Origin: Lama guanicoe
Lineage: Eukaryota
DNA length: 64,000 nucleotides
Assembly (NCBI GenBank): GCA_013239625.1
Contig: MU053934.1
Coordinates: 4,172,399-4,236,398, forward strand
Reading direction: 5' to 3'
Below the pieces are notes generated by a model. That model saw only the letters and a program-made list of their open reading frames with translations, ran no database searches and was not told the origin of the DNA. The position numbers and the translations under genes were made by a program. Positions 11,301 through 43,615 of the stretch are shown in pieces (within the stretch, counting starts at the first letter, position 1; each line of letters starts with the position of its first letter).

Positions 11301-14300
11301 TTCTGTGCACGTCCTCTGACAGACGCTTTCACATATGTATCTCACTTAATCCTCACAATAAATCTATGAGATGCTATGAATTACTTCCATTTATAGGTTT
11401 AGAAACTGAAGTTTGGTGATTTAAAATGATTAGACTGTGCTCAATTGCTTTTTAAGTGACAGAACTAGGATTCAAACTGCAGTTTGTTTGAATCCAAGGT
11501 TCTGCTTAGTGCTCATGGCAAGGACTCAAGAAACAGAATGGGTGGTGGTGACAGGCTGATAAGAGGAAAGGCTAGCTGAGTCCCTTGGCCTGGGCCTAAA
11601 ATGTAGCTTAATAAGATAAAAGCTCTCAGTGGGTTCTTGGGCACTTGGATTATATGAGAAAGCATATGAAAGAAAGTCAAGCTCAAGATGTCTAAAGTTA
11701 CTTTCCCTTCACTAGTTTTCCAGCATCTTCTCCGTACCTTCAGTGAAGTCTCGAGCCAGCAGGCGCACGAAGGTTCCAACAAAGAAACTGCTGAGTCTTC
11801 CTCCTCTTTCACCATCTAAGTCCCTACCAGGCTCAACCCTTAGTGTCGCGCTTTCCCAAATGTGTTCCCAGAGGATCACAGAAGGCATTCAATACAGTAA
11901 GGGCTGAATGAATCAATAACAGGCTTCCTACAGTATTTCTTGAAGTCCCCAGTATGCTGATAGTTACCTTGACTCTTGAGGAGAGGGGGTCTAAACATTG
12001 ACCACACAAACTTCTTCTCTGAGGTGCACCTTCTGGAACTAGTGTTGCAAGGATCTCTTCTTCTTGTCCTACATCTGCTCTCTCAGATTCAAATCCTTGC
12101 CTGTCTATTCCCACTGTCTGTGCCCTGACAGGAGGCCCCTCACTTCACACCTGGATTTTAGAAACAGGTTCCTTCCAAATGCTCCTTCTACCTATTCCGC
12201 CTATATTCCTGCCACACTCGCTAAAGGTATCATTCCACTCACTTATATAAGAACCGGCAATGGAGCCAACTGCCTGGTTGCCCAACTCCAACCCTCCCAG
12301 CCCCACTCAGCCTGTCGTTTCCCTTTCATTGGGCTTAGTGTACTTCAGGCACCAAGCCCATGTAACCTCTTTTCTTTTATCCATTTTCTGGTTACAAGCT
12401 AAATCCTAAAGCTTCTTCAAGCTCAACCTAACACCTTATCTCTTCCATGGAATCTTTCCTGGCTCCAGTGTAGTAGAAAAAAGAGGGAGATCAGGAGGAC
12501 CACACATCTCTCTGTTCACATCCAAGCACCATCAATATCAATTTTGAGATCTGATCTCCATTCCTGTTAGTTTATCTGTAAAAACAGGAATGATCCTTAT
12601 CTCACAGGACCATTGAAGAATTCAGTTATTTCACACATGTCCACCCAAATAGTAAATTCCCGAAGCTAAGAGGATGACTCATCTACTCTGTATCTCTCAC
12701 ATTTGGGCCCTGGCAACTGCATAACCATGTGCTTGCCAAACCAATCAATATAGGAAATACTGAGAGTGGTTTCCATCTCACTGCCAGAGGAGTGGTCATT
12801 TGAATAAGTGGGGTCCATTCAGTGTGCCCATTATACTAGTACTTGTTTTTACTTCAACAATAATCAAGTGCCCACTGTGCTAGCTTCTTTTCTGAGCTTT
12901 ATCATTTAATCCTTCCAACAATCTTGAGATAGAGATTAACCCCACAGTGTAAATAAGGAAGCTGAGGTGCAAAATGTTATGGTGACTGGTACAGTCATCT
13001 TCAGCTAGGGAGTGACAGAGTGAGGATTCAACCACTAAACCTAAGGCTACGCTGAACAGTCTCCTGGATATTTCAAAGCACAGATCCCACTGAATTCCAT
13101 GGGATTCTGTTCTGTCCCAGTGGAATGTTTTCTTGAGACTCCCATTCAGGACTCTTAATTATTTCCATAGAAATTCTGGACTAGACATGAGCCTCTCATT
13201 TTGGTCACCATGGGCAGAGGTTTAGAGCCACGAGATCTGCAGTGATCCACAAGTGAGAAGATGGGCTCTAGTCCAGGTCTCCACTGATGTCTGTACCCTC
13301 AGTTAAGTCTGGTCCTCTCTTGTGGTTACCACTGTGTCTGGCTAGGGTAATGTTTCAGATTTTAATGAAAAGGACTTGTGGAGACATTTCATCAAGATTC
13401 TTTTCCTCCTTTAATTTTTTTCTTGTAATGAGTTCTGAAGAGATGTGACTTTAGAAAATACAGCTCAGAACTTCCAGATGTGTTTTTAAGTTATTAAATA
13501 CATAAAGCACAGATCACAGGGCTAGGCACACAGAAGTACTCCAGGTGTTGGCAATGATGATGATGATGAGGAGGAGGAGCCTGTTGGCCCTTGGATGAGA
13601 TAATTTATATCTCTAGAACTTAACACTCAACAACACCTTTTCTCAACTTAAACCACCATTTTTAATGTGGCTCAGGACTTTTAATGGGGAGGCAGGAGGA
13701 CGTCTCCGTGGCAGAGAATGTTCACCAATAACTATCATCTCTTTGTCCCTTGCAGATTGCATTAAGGCTTTCCCCCCAGCACCAAGTACCTCTATTTAGA
13801 TTTTAACAGCTGTTTTATTTGGGAGAGGACTGCATACCTAGGTGTACATACATTTGATTGCAGAAAAATTGAGATGAGTCTAGTGAAGATGTTTGAGGCC
13901 TGAGATTTTCAAAACAACCTAGTAAAATTGTTACTACATAATTTGACTTCTAAGTCCTTTCTTTTTCAAAGCATAGACACATATGTGATAAAATTTAAGA
14001 TCAAGCATCCACATCTATATCAATGCACACTGATGACACTTGCCCAGTTTCTGACCTTCTCTCCAATTTCAGTTTTTGATCCTTTTCAAACCAATGACCT
14101 CTTTTTGCATTACCACTATCTTCAAATTCTGGAGGGAACCTGTCACAACTGCCTTCTCTCTTCCTTGTTCCTATGTTGCTGCCGAGTCATTAGTTTAGTC
14201 CTTTCTAAAATCCTATTCATTTCTATTCCAAACATGAGTCATCTCATATTCACAACTGCACTTAAACTCCACCCTGCTTTTGTATTTCTTCTATCTGGCT

Positions 14301-17189
14301 AAAATTCAACTGCTAGGATGAACCTACTCTCAACAAATAGCATTCATCAAAATTTTTGTCCCATTTCTACCATTCATTAGCCACATTTTCAAAAAAGCAT
14401 AGGACTTTATAGACCTGGGAATTTTAAATTATCTAGTTCCCAGTACTGCCAACATTACTCTTTTCTGTTAGGATCCAAATAGATTATCTTTTCCCCTTTA
14501 AATTGCTCTAAATCCCATGGTTCCAATTCAGTGCAGTCTGTTCTCAAGGCCTGGTCAATGTACAGCTCTGAGATGTACTTCCCAGCGGCTGGGTCTTGTT
14601 CAACTTGTTTTCTTTACAGTGCCTAGCGGTGCCTGGCACACTGCAGGCAGCTAGTAAATGTTTGTTTTAAAAAAATTCCATCTTCTTTCCCTCATCTTTT
14701 CTCCTTCTGCATTTTTCTCTGATCCCTTTCACACTTCTTTGTTTCTATTAATCCACACAGAATCTTCCCACACAGAATACTCTATACAGAGGAGACAGAG
14801 TATATTCTCTTATGTACTGGCCTGCTATTACTTAGAGGTGGATCTTCACATTGTGCTGATAGGGAACTGGGGGATGTAGTATAACTCGCTAAAGCTTTAC
14901 AAGACAGGAATAGAACTCTGGTTCCACGTGAGTGTTTAGCAAATATTTAGCATTCTTTAATTCAGTTAAACACGGCTGAAAGAGTCCTGCTATTATTCAC
15001 AAACAGTTTATACTCACAGTCCACATCTTCAGATCCAGGCCCAATTTACTAGCAAGGTAAATGGCTACTGATGATAAAATTACTCTGACACACCTTCCCA
15101 ATACTCAAGAAGCAGCAGAGCTGTTGGAGGGCAGGCCCTCGAGTCACAAAGCTTGGGCCCAAATCCTGCAATTAACAGTTCTGTGAACTCTCTGTGCCAT
15201 GATTTCCTCATCTGGAAAAATGAGAAATAGCAGAATCTACCTTATAATAAGATTAGTGTCAGGAGTGAGTTAACACAAGGAAAGCACTCACAACAGTGCT
15301 TTGCACAGAGCAAGGGTTCATCTGTGTGAGTGATCATCATCATGTCAGATCGGGGCCAAAGTTACAGAAGTGAAAAACTTCCGAATGGACACACGGTATG
15401 TCGGACTTGAAATTTATCAGAGTGAAACTGGACAAATTGCTTAAGTTGATCCCAGTTTCCTAGAATCACTATTGATAAGGTTGTTGCAAGACTGTTACAA
15501 AGCACCAAGCACATTCAAGTACTCACTGTGAGTCATTTCCTTCTCCCTTGTCTTCAATTAGGAAATAATTTGCAAATATCCAACTAGGAGTAGAAGGTAT
15601 ACTTATTAATGGCTGGCCAAGAGGAAGCAGTTTAAAGGACTGGCTTCCTTTCTACTGTCAGTTACATGACTTACTGATCTGAGACAAATTATCTCACTTC
15701 CCAGAGCCCTAATTTCCTGAAGACAGTTCATTCTACTTGCCAGATAATGGCCATGATGCAAAGGACACATCTGCCCTGCTAAGACATTACAATGGGTTAT
15801 TATTGGCATTGGAAAATAATTACCGTCATTATAATTTTGTCAGCACAGTGAAATTAATATTCTTCTAAGAGAGGGCCTATGATTCTTTCAGGACAAATGG
15901 TTCACACCTATGCTTCAATCAGTCACCCCAAATAGGTTGTTACTAGCTGTAATTCAGGCCCTTCTGGGGCAATCATGTCATCTCTAAATGAAGGTAGACA
16001 GAGAAGGGTCTTCTGGAAATGCCAATATGCATTTCTTGAAGAATTCTTGAGCTTTCTCTGCACTAAGAACTGAGGAGAATAATTCTTTATAAGCTGGAGT
16101 AGTGAGACAGGCTCACTGCCAAAGTTGCTATGGACCACAGACGTGATACTGTGTTCATCCAGACACTGCAGAACCATTTCTCAAACTCTTTGATAGAAGA
16201 ATTTTAGAATATCAGAGCTGAGAGAAAAAAGCTGACCTTCTACCAACCTGTCCAGCAGCATTGGACAAAGTAGGTAAGAAAGCGATTTAGAATAAAGTAG
16301 AGAGGGGAGGGAATCTACAGTCAGCTTCAAATCACAGCTTTGCTACCTAGATGCTATATGGAGAAAACACTGGACCTCTCTTCCTGTTTCTTTATCAGTA
16401 AAATAGACAGTAAATCAACTATGAGGAGGGCTACTCAAAACACTGTATGAAAAGCACCAAGGCCAGCCTATGGCCTCATAGAAAAGGTGAGCATTGTATA
16501 TTTACCTTTCTAATGGAAACACAACATTCCAACTTTGATGACAGGTTACTGAGTGTACATATCTTGTCCCCCTTCGAGACTCTAAACTCCTTGTGGGCAG
16601 GACTTGAGAAGCATTAATAGCATAGTGGTAAACGGCACAGCAACAAACCTGAATTCAAGCTTGGCTCCACCTCTCATATCTTACCTTGGACAAATTATCG
16701 AACTTCTCTGAGGCCATAAGTCTTTACCCATAAACTGGAAATAGCCACAATTCCATGGGATTGTAGAGGGGATCACTTGAGATAACACAACTGAGGCTTA
16801 GCGCGGTGCCTACCCCACTGTAAGTGCTCAATAAATAGTAGTGATTATCTTTCCCATTCTTGTGTCCCTTGTACCTGCTAATAGCATCTAGCTAATAATA
16901 CCTGTTGGTGTGAAGGTTTATTATGCAGCACAGGCATTGCCCCACCCCTCAAAATTCAGAAAACACGGAAAGTATAAAGATCCCAAGGAGAAGGGGTCCC
17001 CTACCTCTGGAAAATCTCTTGCAGCGTATCCCGGGTGAAGGCATTGCTGTCCTGGAAGACGTTATTGAGGGCATGCAGGGCACACAGCTCCCTGCGCTGT
17101 TTCTCATGGTAGATATGTGGGGGTGCTGCCTGGGGCAGCTCCACTGATTCAGATTTAGCCTTGTCTCCTTTCCATGGCACGCAACTCAT
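8330..17189 (-). CDS. JOSD1: Josephin-1 deubiquitinase (202 aa), 4 coding exons
   Basis: Minus-strand exons 17189-17005, 9540-9412, 9283-9089, 8429-8330 (609 nt). Starts [15 protein letters not shown], contains Josephin motifs [36 protein letters not shown] and YYNLDSKL, and ends [10 protein letters not shown]. Confidence 0.98.
10580..11155 (+). mobile_element. L2 LINE 3' fragment
   Basis: Degenerate L2 3' motifs (CTGCCTGGAATGCTCTTCCC, AGTGCCTGGCACAT...TGCTCAA...ATTTGTTGAA). Confidence 0.65.
11330..11500 (-). mobile_element. MIR SINE (representative of many)
   Basis: TTAATCCTCACAA...CCATTTATAG...GAAACTGAAG...CTAGGATTCAAAC core. Similar MIR-like cores at approximately 2540, 3660, 12900, 15150, 16620, 19740, 22480, 23590, 35620, 37950, 43820, 52250, 58530, 59520 and 62500. 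Confidence 0.65.
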
Positions 17190-17649
17190 GTTTTTCGTTT
17201 TAGATTCCAGAGAGGGCTAAAAACACCCCACCCTTCCCTCCTGAGGAGGAATGTACGCTTCTCAGTCTTTTCAGAATTCCTGAGGTCCACGTTATTTTCT
17301 GGTGTCCATGATTTATGCTTTGTCACGGGAAGAAAAGGTTGGAATCAAAAGGAAAAATAATCCTCCCTCTTCTCTCTTCTCGACAGAAAGATAACTTTTG
17401 GATTAGTGTATTTCGCCACCACTGTCAAAGTGCATACGTTTTAAAAAATCGTATAAAATCTAAAACCTTGTTTTCCTTTTCACCCTCCTTTTCCACCCCG
17501 TCCAAAAAACCCCCCAACGATTTTCTTGCTGTATTTTTCTCTCTGCAAATGCCAACCAGGCCTCAAAGCAGGAGGACAGAACGAAATCGGTCACATCGCT
17601 CTTTTTCTTCCATGTCTTTCGAACCACAACGCCACTGACTCAGGAGACA

Positions 17650-18760
17650 AGGCCTAGGTGGTGGATAAAACGCAAATTTCAAGCAGCTAGCGAGGGCCGA
17701 CCAGCGTGGGATCGCGGGCCGTGCAGGGGCCTCGGGGGAGGCTCTCCATCCCCTCGAGTGCGGTGGGACCCCGCGGGGCCAAGCCGGGAGCAGCTCCCTT
17801 GAAAGCGCGGATTCTCGCCCTCTCGCCGCGTCCCTGCGAAGGAGACAACGCCTGTCAGCGCCGGCGGTCGGGCGGGTCGCCCCGGAGGACCAGCCAGCCC
17901 CGGCAAGCAGCCTGGCGGGTCCGGCCCCAGCCCTAGCCCTAGGGAAGGTCCGGCGCGGCAGGCCCGCGAGGGGTGGGGCCGGACAATTCGCCTCGCCCTC
18001 GGGGGCCTGGGCCCACCCAGCTCGCAGCCCCCACCCCAACCTCCTCGCCCGTCACGTGAGTGCCAGGCGAGGCGCCTTCCCGCCGCTCCCCTAACCCCAG
18101 CCCCCGGCCCGGTCCCCCGAGCCGACGGGACAGCGTGCGGACGCGCAGCCAGTCTCCCCCTCACCGCTGCAGACCGCCACCTGGAGCTGCCAGCCACCAC
18201 CTGGGCCGCGCTTGGGCGGGCGGGCGAGCGCGCGCGCGCACCTGAGCCCGACGTCAGCGGCCCCCGCCCTGCGCGTGCTCCGGAAACGCCCTCCTGCGCT
18301 GTCCCGGCACCCGCCCCGCCGCGGCGTCACCGCTGTCGTCAGCCCGACGTCAGCGGCGCCGGTTTCGGGGTTGTGGCCGCCGCGCGGCAGCGTTGGGCTC
18401 CCTGGGGGTGCCGGGCTTTGGAGCCCGGCCGCGATGCCGGCGCTTGCCGCAGGTAGGGCTGGTGCCCAGTTCCTCGGCTCTGTTTCTTCCGGGGCTGGGC
18501 TGGCCTGGCGGCAGGCGGGAGTCCCGCCCCTCGCCTCCCCTCCCTTTCCCCGGGCGTCGGCTCCTTTCCGGGGCGGCGACCCGGCCTGCGGCTGCACTTC
18601 GTTATTCTTCCCACCCCACCTCTCTCTGACCAGGCTTCTTGGGCAGAGTGCTTTCGCCAACCTGGACTAGCTGCTCCTGCGCTGACCGTTTTATGTTTGG
18701 CTAGCGTGCCGTTCACCAGGTGATTTCAAACCACCTTACGCGGTTGGGCGCAAATTCTAT
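17650..18760 (-). promoter_or_regulatory. JOSD1: JOSD1 CpG island, promoter and probable non-coding first exon
   Basis: Very GC/CpG-rich. Minus-strand donor GCG|GTGAGG (exon end 18165) and acceptor CTGAC...TCTCCTTCGCAG| (next exon start 17833). CRE-like GACGTCA motifs and GC boxes present. Confidence 0.75.
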
Positions 18761-19207
18761 TGGTTAGTGGGCCCGACCGCCCTCACTTTCCAGGAGCTCT
18801 GATGGTAAGTGCCTCTCCGGGAGTCACGTTTCAAGTGGAATGGAGTCCTGTTTGAGTTCTTTGGTGTCGTATTTCAGTTTTCCACTCACATACCACTGTC
18901 ATCTTGGTTTCAGGCTCCTCTCTCGTCTCACGGTGGTGGCCCCAGAGCCTTCCTCTCTGAGTTAGCTCAAGGCATATCTTAGTGCCTTGTGTGTCAGGAA
19001 GATGGACTCAGTCCCACGTGGATCTTTTGCCCTTTTCTTACCCAAAGACATGAGGAAGGCATCAGCAAATATTCATCACCCACTTTAGTTGTTTTCCCTT
19101 TGGGTTTTTGTTCAGAAAATTGGAAAAACAATAAAGGAAAAGATCTCCCTTAACAATTCAGTTATTTCTTTAACCCTGTTTCAACACTGTAAAACAAATT
19201 GTAACAC

Positions 19208-19566
19208 TGTAAAAACAAAATTCAACTGAGTAAATTTGAAAATCTAATTGGCTTTGTTAAACAATTCATGAATCGGGCAGCATCCCGTCTAGTAAGTAGA
19301 AAAGTGCTCCTAGGAGCTGCACAAAATGGAAGATTTTTAATAGGCAGAAGAAAGAGTGGATTGTTTCAGGGAAGGTCACATTCCCTTATAGGAAGGCAAA
19401 AGGTCTTATCAGGCAGATTACCTTACTAGTGTTGCTTAGGAAAATCCAGACTGATTCTTTTAAGATTCCACTCCTGATAGAGGCTGAAGCTGCAATTAGG
19501 TTAGATGTTAAATCTTGGTGGGGCTTAACACAAGTGACTCCGTTTGGGGCTTGTTTCTTTTTAACA
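19208..19566. mobile_element. Probable ERV solo LTR between the JOSD1 and GTPBP1 promoters
   Basis: TGTAAAAACAAAA...TTTTTAACA termini with an imperfect inverted match and LTR-like composition. No clear TSD. Confidence 0.55.
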
Positions 19567-21099
19567 CCGCCATGAAACTCAGCACAGAATTAATCACTTA
19601 ACACACATGCTTGACTGCCTACCACATGATTGGGAGTCCTTTGCCCTGAGACAGACAACTTTTGAATTATCTTAAAATTTTGTAACTTGTTAGCCACCTA
19701 AGGGTTACAGTTATAATTGCATAAAATTCATAATTGAGGCTTGTAAGCACTAAGTGTTTTGTGTATATTAACTCATTTACTACTAACTATCCACTTTTTT
19801 TTAAATTTTTTGAGGCAATAACTGAAGCAGAGAGGTTAATTAACTTGCTTGATGTCACATAGCTAGTTAAGTAATGGACCTAGGATTTGAACCTAGGTTC
19901 TAACCTGTCTTCAGAAAGAGGATGTAAGGATGGTAAGGAATTCCCTCTCTAAAATGTGATTTCAAACTTCTCTATTCAACTCAAGAAGCACCTTCTCTGA
20001 GAATTTTTTTTTTCTGGGCAAAACCCTATAGTGAGAAGGGCATTTTTTTTAGCCTACCATCTGATGTCAGCACATTCTGAACTTGAACTCTTTCTGGAAG
20101 AGCCAGTTGATAAGATGCTAAATATCAACATTATTCTTTAGTATAATGCCATGACATTTGTCTCTTCTGCCAAATTGAAATTTTAATATTTTTATCTATC
20201 TCACGGAGGCATATGTAGGATAGTTGTGAGCAATTTAGCCAGAAAAAAAATGAAGAACTACTATTAAGACCTTTGGAGCTGCATGACTCCTTGTCCGAGA
20301 TTCCCAGCTGTGTTTGTAGAGATAAAATTTGATTGTAGTTGCAAACAGGAACAAGAAGAGGTTGCCTCTCAACCCTCAAGTAGATCCCTGAAACTGAAGG
20401 CCATTTGGAACCCTGCCTCTTGCTCGCTAAATCTTGTATTCCAAAACCCTAAATCTGGGTACGTTATTTTCTGAAATGGTTGCTCTTTCTTGCTTGTTGC
20501 TTAGGACGAGTGGCCATAGCATTATTAGAGTTTGACTAACCTCTAATGTCATCAAGCTTTTCAGTCTTTTGAAACTGGAATTCAGACGACACTAAAACTT
20601 GTGTTGATAGTATTTTGGATTGGGGTTTTCCACGCTCATGACACTGGAAGAATCACCCATAGGAAACTACCTTAACAGACGCTATTTCTCGGCCTTACAG
20701 TTCACAAATGTAATGAGGTGCTTCTATTTGAGCAGATTGCCGCATTTTGGTCGCGTAAATTGCTCTTTCCGCAGAAACAGTGAATGGAGAATTCTCCCTA
20801 AGGTCTGAGGTTTAAGTTCCTCGCTTTAGCCGCTGTAGTATTCCAGGCATCGATCCTACCAGTAAAATTGCCTGGAGATTGCCAGCACATCGAAAGTCTG
20901 TCTTCAGTGACTGCCCGGAGTCAATGAGTTGAGTGGGAGGCACCTTGCGCAGTTTACTATCTCTGTGGGCGGTGGCCCGAGGCGCGGGACTTATCCGAAT
21001 TCTGGATTGGGCCTTACCCCTGTCTGTCATCGTAAAGCTCTCGCCCCCGACTGTTTTGCAGCAAGATTTGGAAGCTGAGCACCGCCTCATCTGGAAACA

Positions 21100-42110
<21,011 letters not shown>

Positions 42111-43609
42111 ATGTCCCCAGCCCCCCTCCACCACCCAAGGGATCCTCGTGCTCTGGCCACTGCTCCACCAGATGGGCCAGAGCCACTCTGACCGCCACTC
42201 GCTCTCCCCTAGGCCACAGCCGGACCCTCGCCATTCCCCCGACCCCCGTTTTCCAGGGGGGCTGTAATTTATAAGCTGAGGAAGGTGGTCAGACTTGCAG
42301 AGGACTGACCATCTCCCACCCTGTTCCCTGCCTTCTTCCTCACACATTTTTTGTACATCGGGGCCCTTAGTTTTTATTCTTTTTATTATATATCTGTCTC
42401 TCTCTCTCTCTAGTGTGTGTGTGGTTGTGTGTGTGGGAGTGTGTGAGGTGCAGAAGTGCGGCCGTTCAGGGCCCCGGCAGTCTTCTTCGCCTCCTCCGTG
42501 GCTGGCCACCAGCCTCCATGAGCTAGCTGGCTACCTGTCCGTCTGTCTGTCTGTTTCTCTCTGTGAGAACCTTTCAGGGCTGTTGGGAGCTGAAGAGCAC
42601 CCTCCTTCCCTGTGCTCACTCTCCTCTGCGCCTGGAGCCCCACCTTGGAGCCGGCCTCGGGGCTCCCAGGTGACATGTCTGCTGCTGCCAGAGCAGGGAG
42701 CCTTCCCTCTGAGACTTGGGGATTTTAGCAGAGTGGAGAGTGGTGGTTCCTCTTTTCTCTTTCTCCCTCTTGTTCCCCTTAAACCCCAAAAGAGATAATG
42801 CCAAAAGCTCTTAAGTTGTAACCTGTAGATGTGTGGAGGGTGTCAGTGATTGGATTGTAAGACCCTCCTTGCCCCTAACTCTGACCGTTGCCACTGACCC
42901 AAAGACAGCTGGTGGCTTTTCTTTCCCCTCGGAGACAATCCTTTGTTTGCCTGGCTGGCTGGGGCTACTCTTGCTCTGCTGATTCTGCTGAGCTGCCTCG
43001 TCCCAGGGCAGCCTCCTGCTTGAACTTCAACTCTGATTCTTGTTGGGCCTCGGGGCACTGATGACCAGGACTGGGGTCTGTCTGCTCAGGGCTGTGCTCA
43101 CTAGCACCTCCTTTAGGTAGGAGTGCCAGCTGTTCCTCTGAGCCAGGTGGGGACTGGAGCCCCTCCTTCCCCACATCACCCCAGCATGGCTGCTACAGGA
43201 GTAAACAGTGAATGGCCTGAGCCCCAGATTCGGAAGCCTCAATTGAGGGAGGGCAGGTAGGAGGTGGTTAAAAAAGACTTCCAGACTATAAGCCCTCTGG
43301 AAGAATCATTGCCTGGGGTGGGGGTAGTGTTGCCCAGGCCAGAGATGGCAACATGGGCCCCAAACCAGCCTGGTCTGCGCTGTAGATTGACGCCCTCACT
43401 TTAGAGTGGGCTGACGGGCAGAGATGTGTTCTTTCTCTAGCCTCGGCAGACACCCAAATGGCTGGGTCCTTCCTCAGCCTCACCTCCCTTCCGTCCCCAA
43501 CCCTTCACCATTCTTCCTGCTTCTGGACTGCTGGTCCCCTCTCCTCCCCTCCTAACTATTTCTAGTTACCAGTGACCTGTGGCCATGGACCCACCAGACC
43601 AGCACACAA

Positions 43610-43615
43610 AATAAA
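43610..43615 (+). terminator. GTPBP1: GTPBP1 polyadenylation signal (AATAAA)
   Basis: AATAAA 1.5 kb after the stop, followed by GT-rich sequence (GGTGTTGTGTT). Confidence 0.8.

Noticed and set aside
17563..18716. Several 120-190 aa ORFs on both strands of the JOSD1 CpG island, with similar cases at 2858-3442, 21495-22340 and 61085-62412
   Set aside because: Stop-codon scarcity in GC-rich DNA. The translations are low-complexity Ala/Gly/Pro/Arg, mostly start at non-ATG codons and show no recognisable domain.
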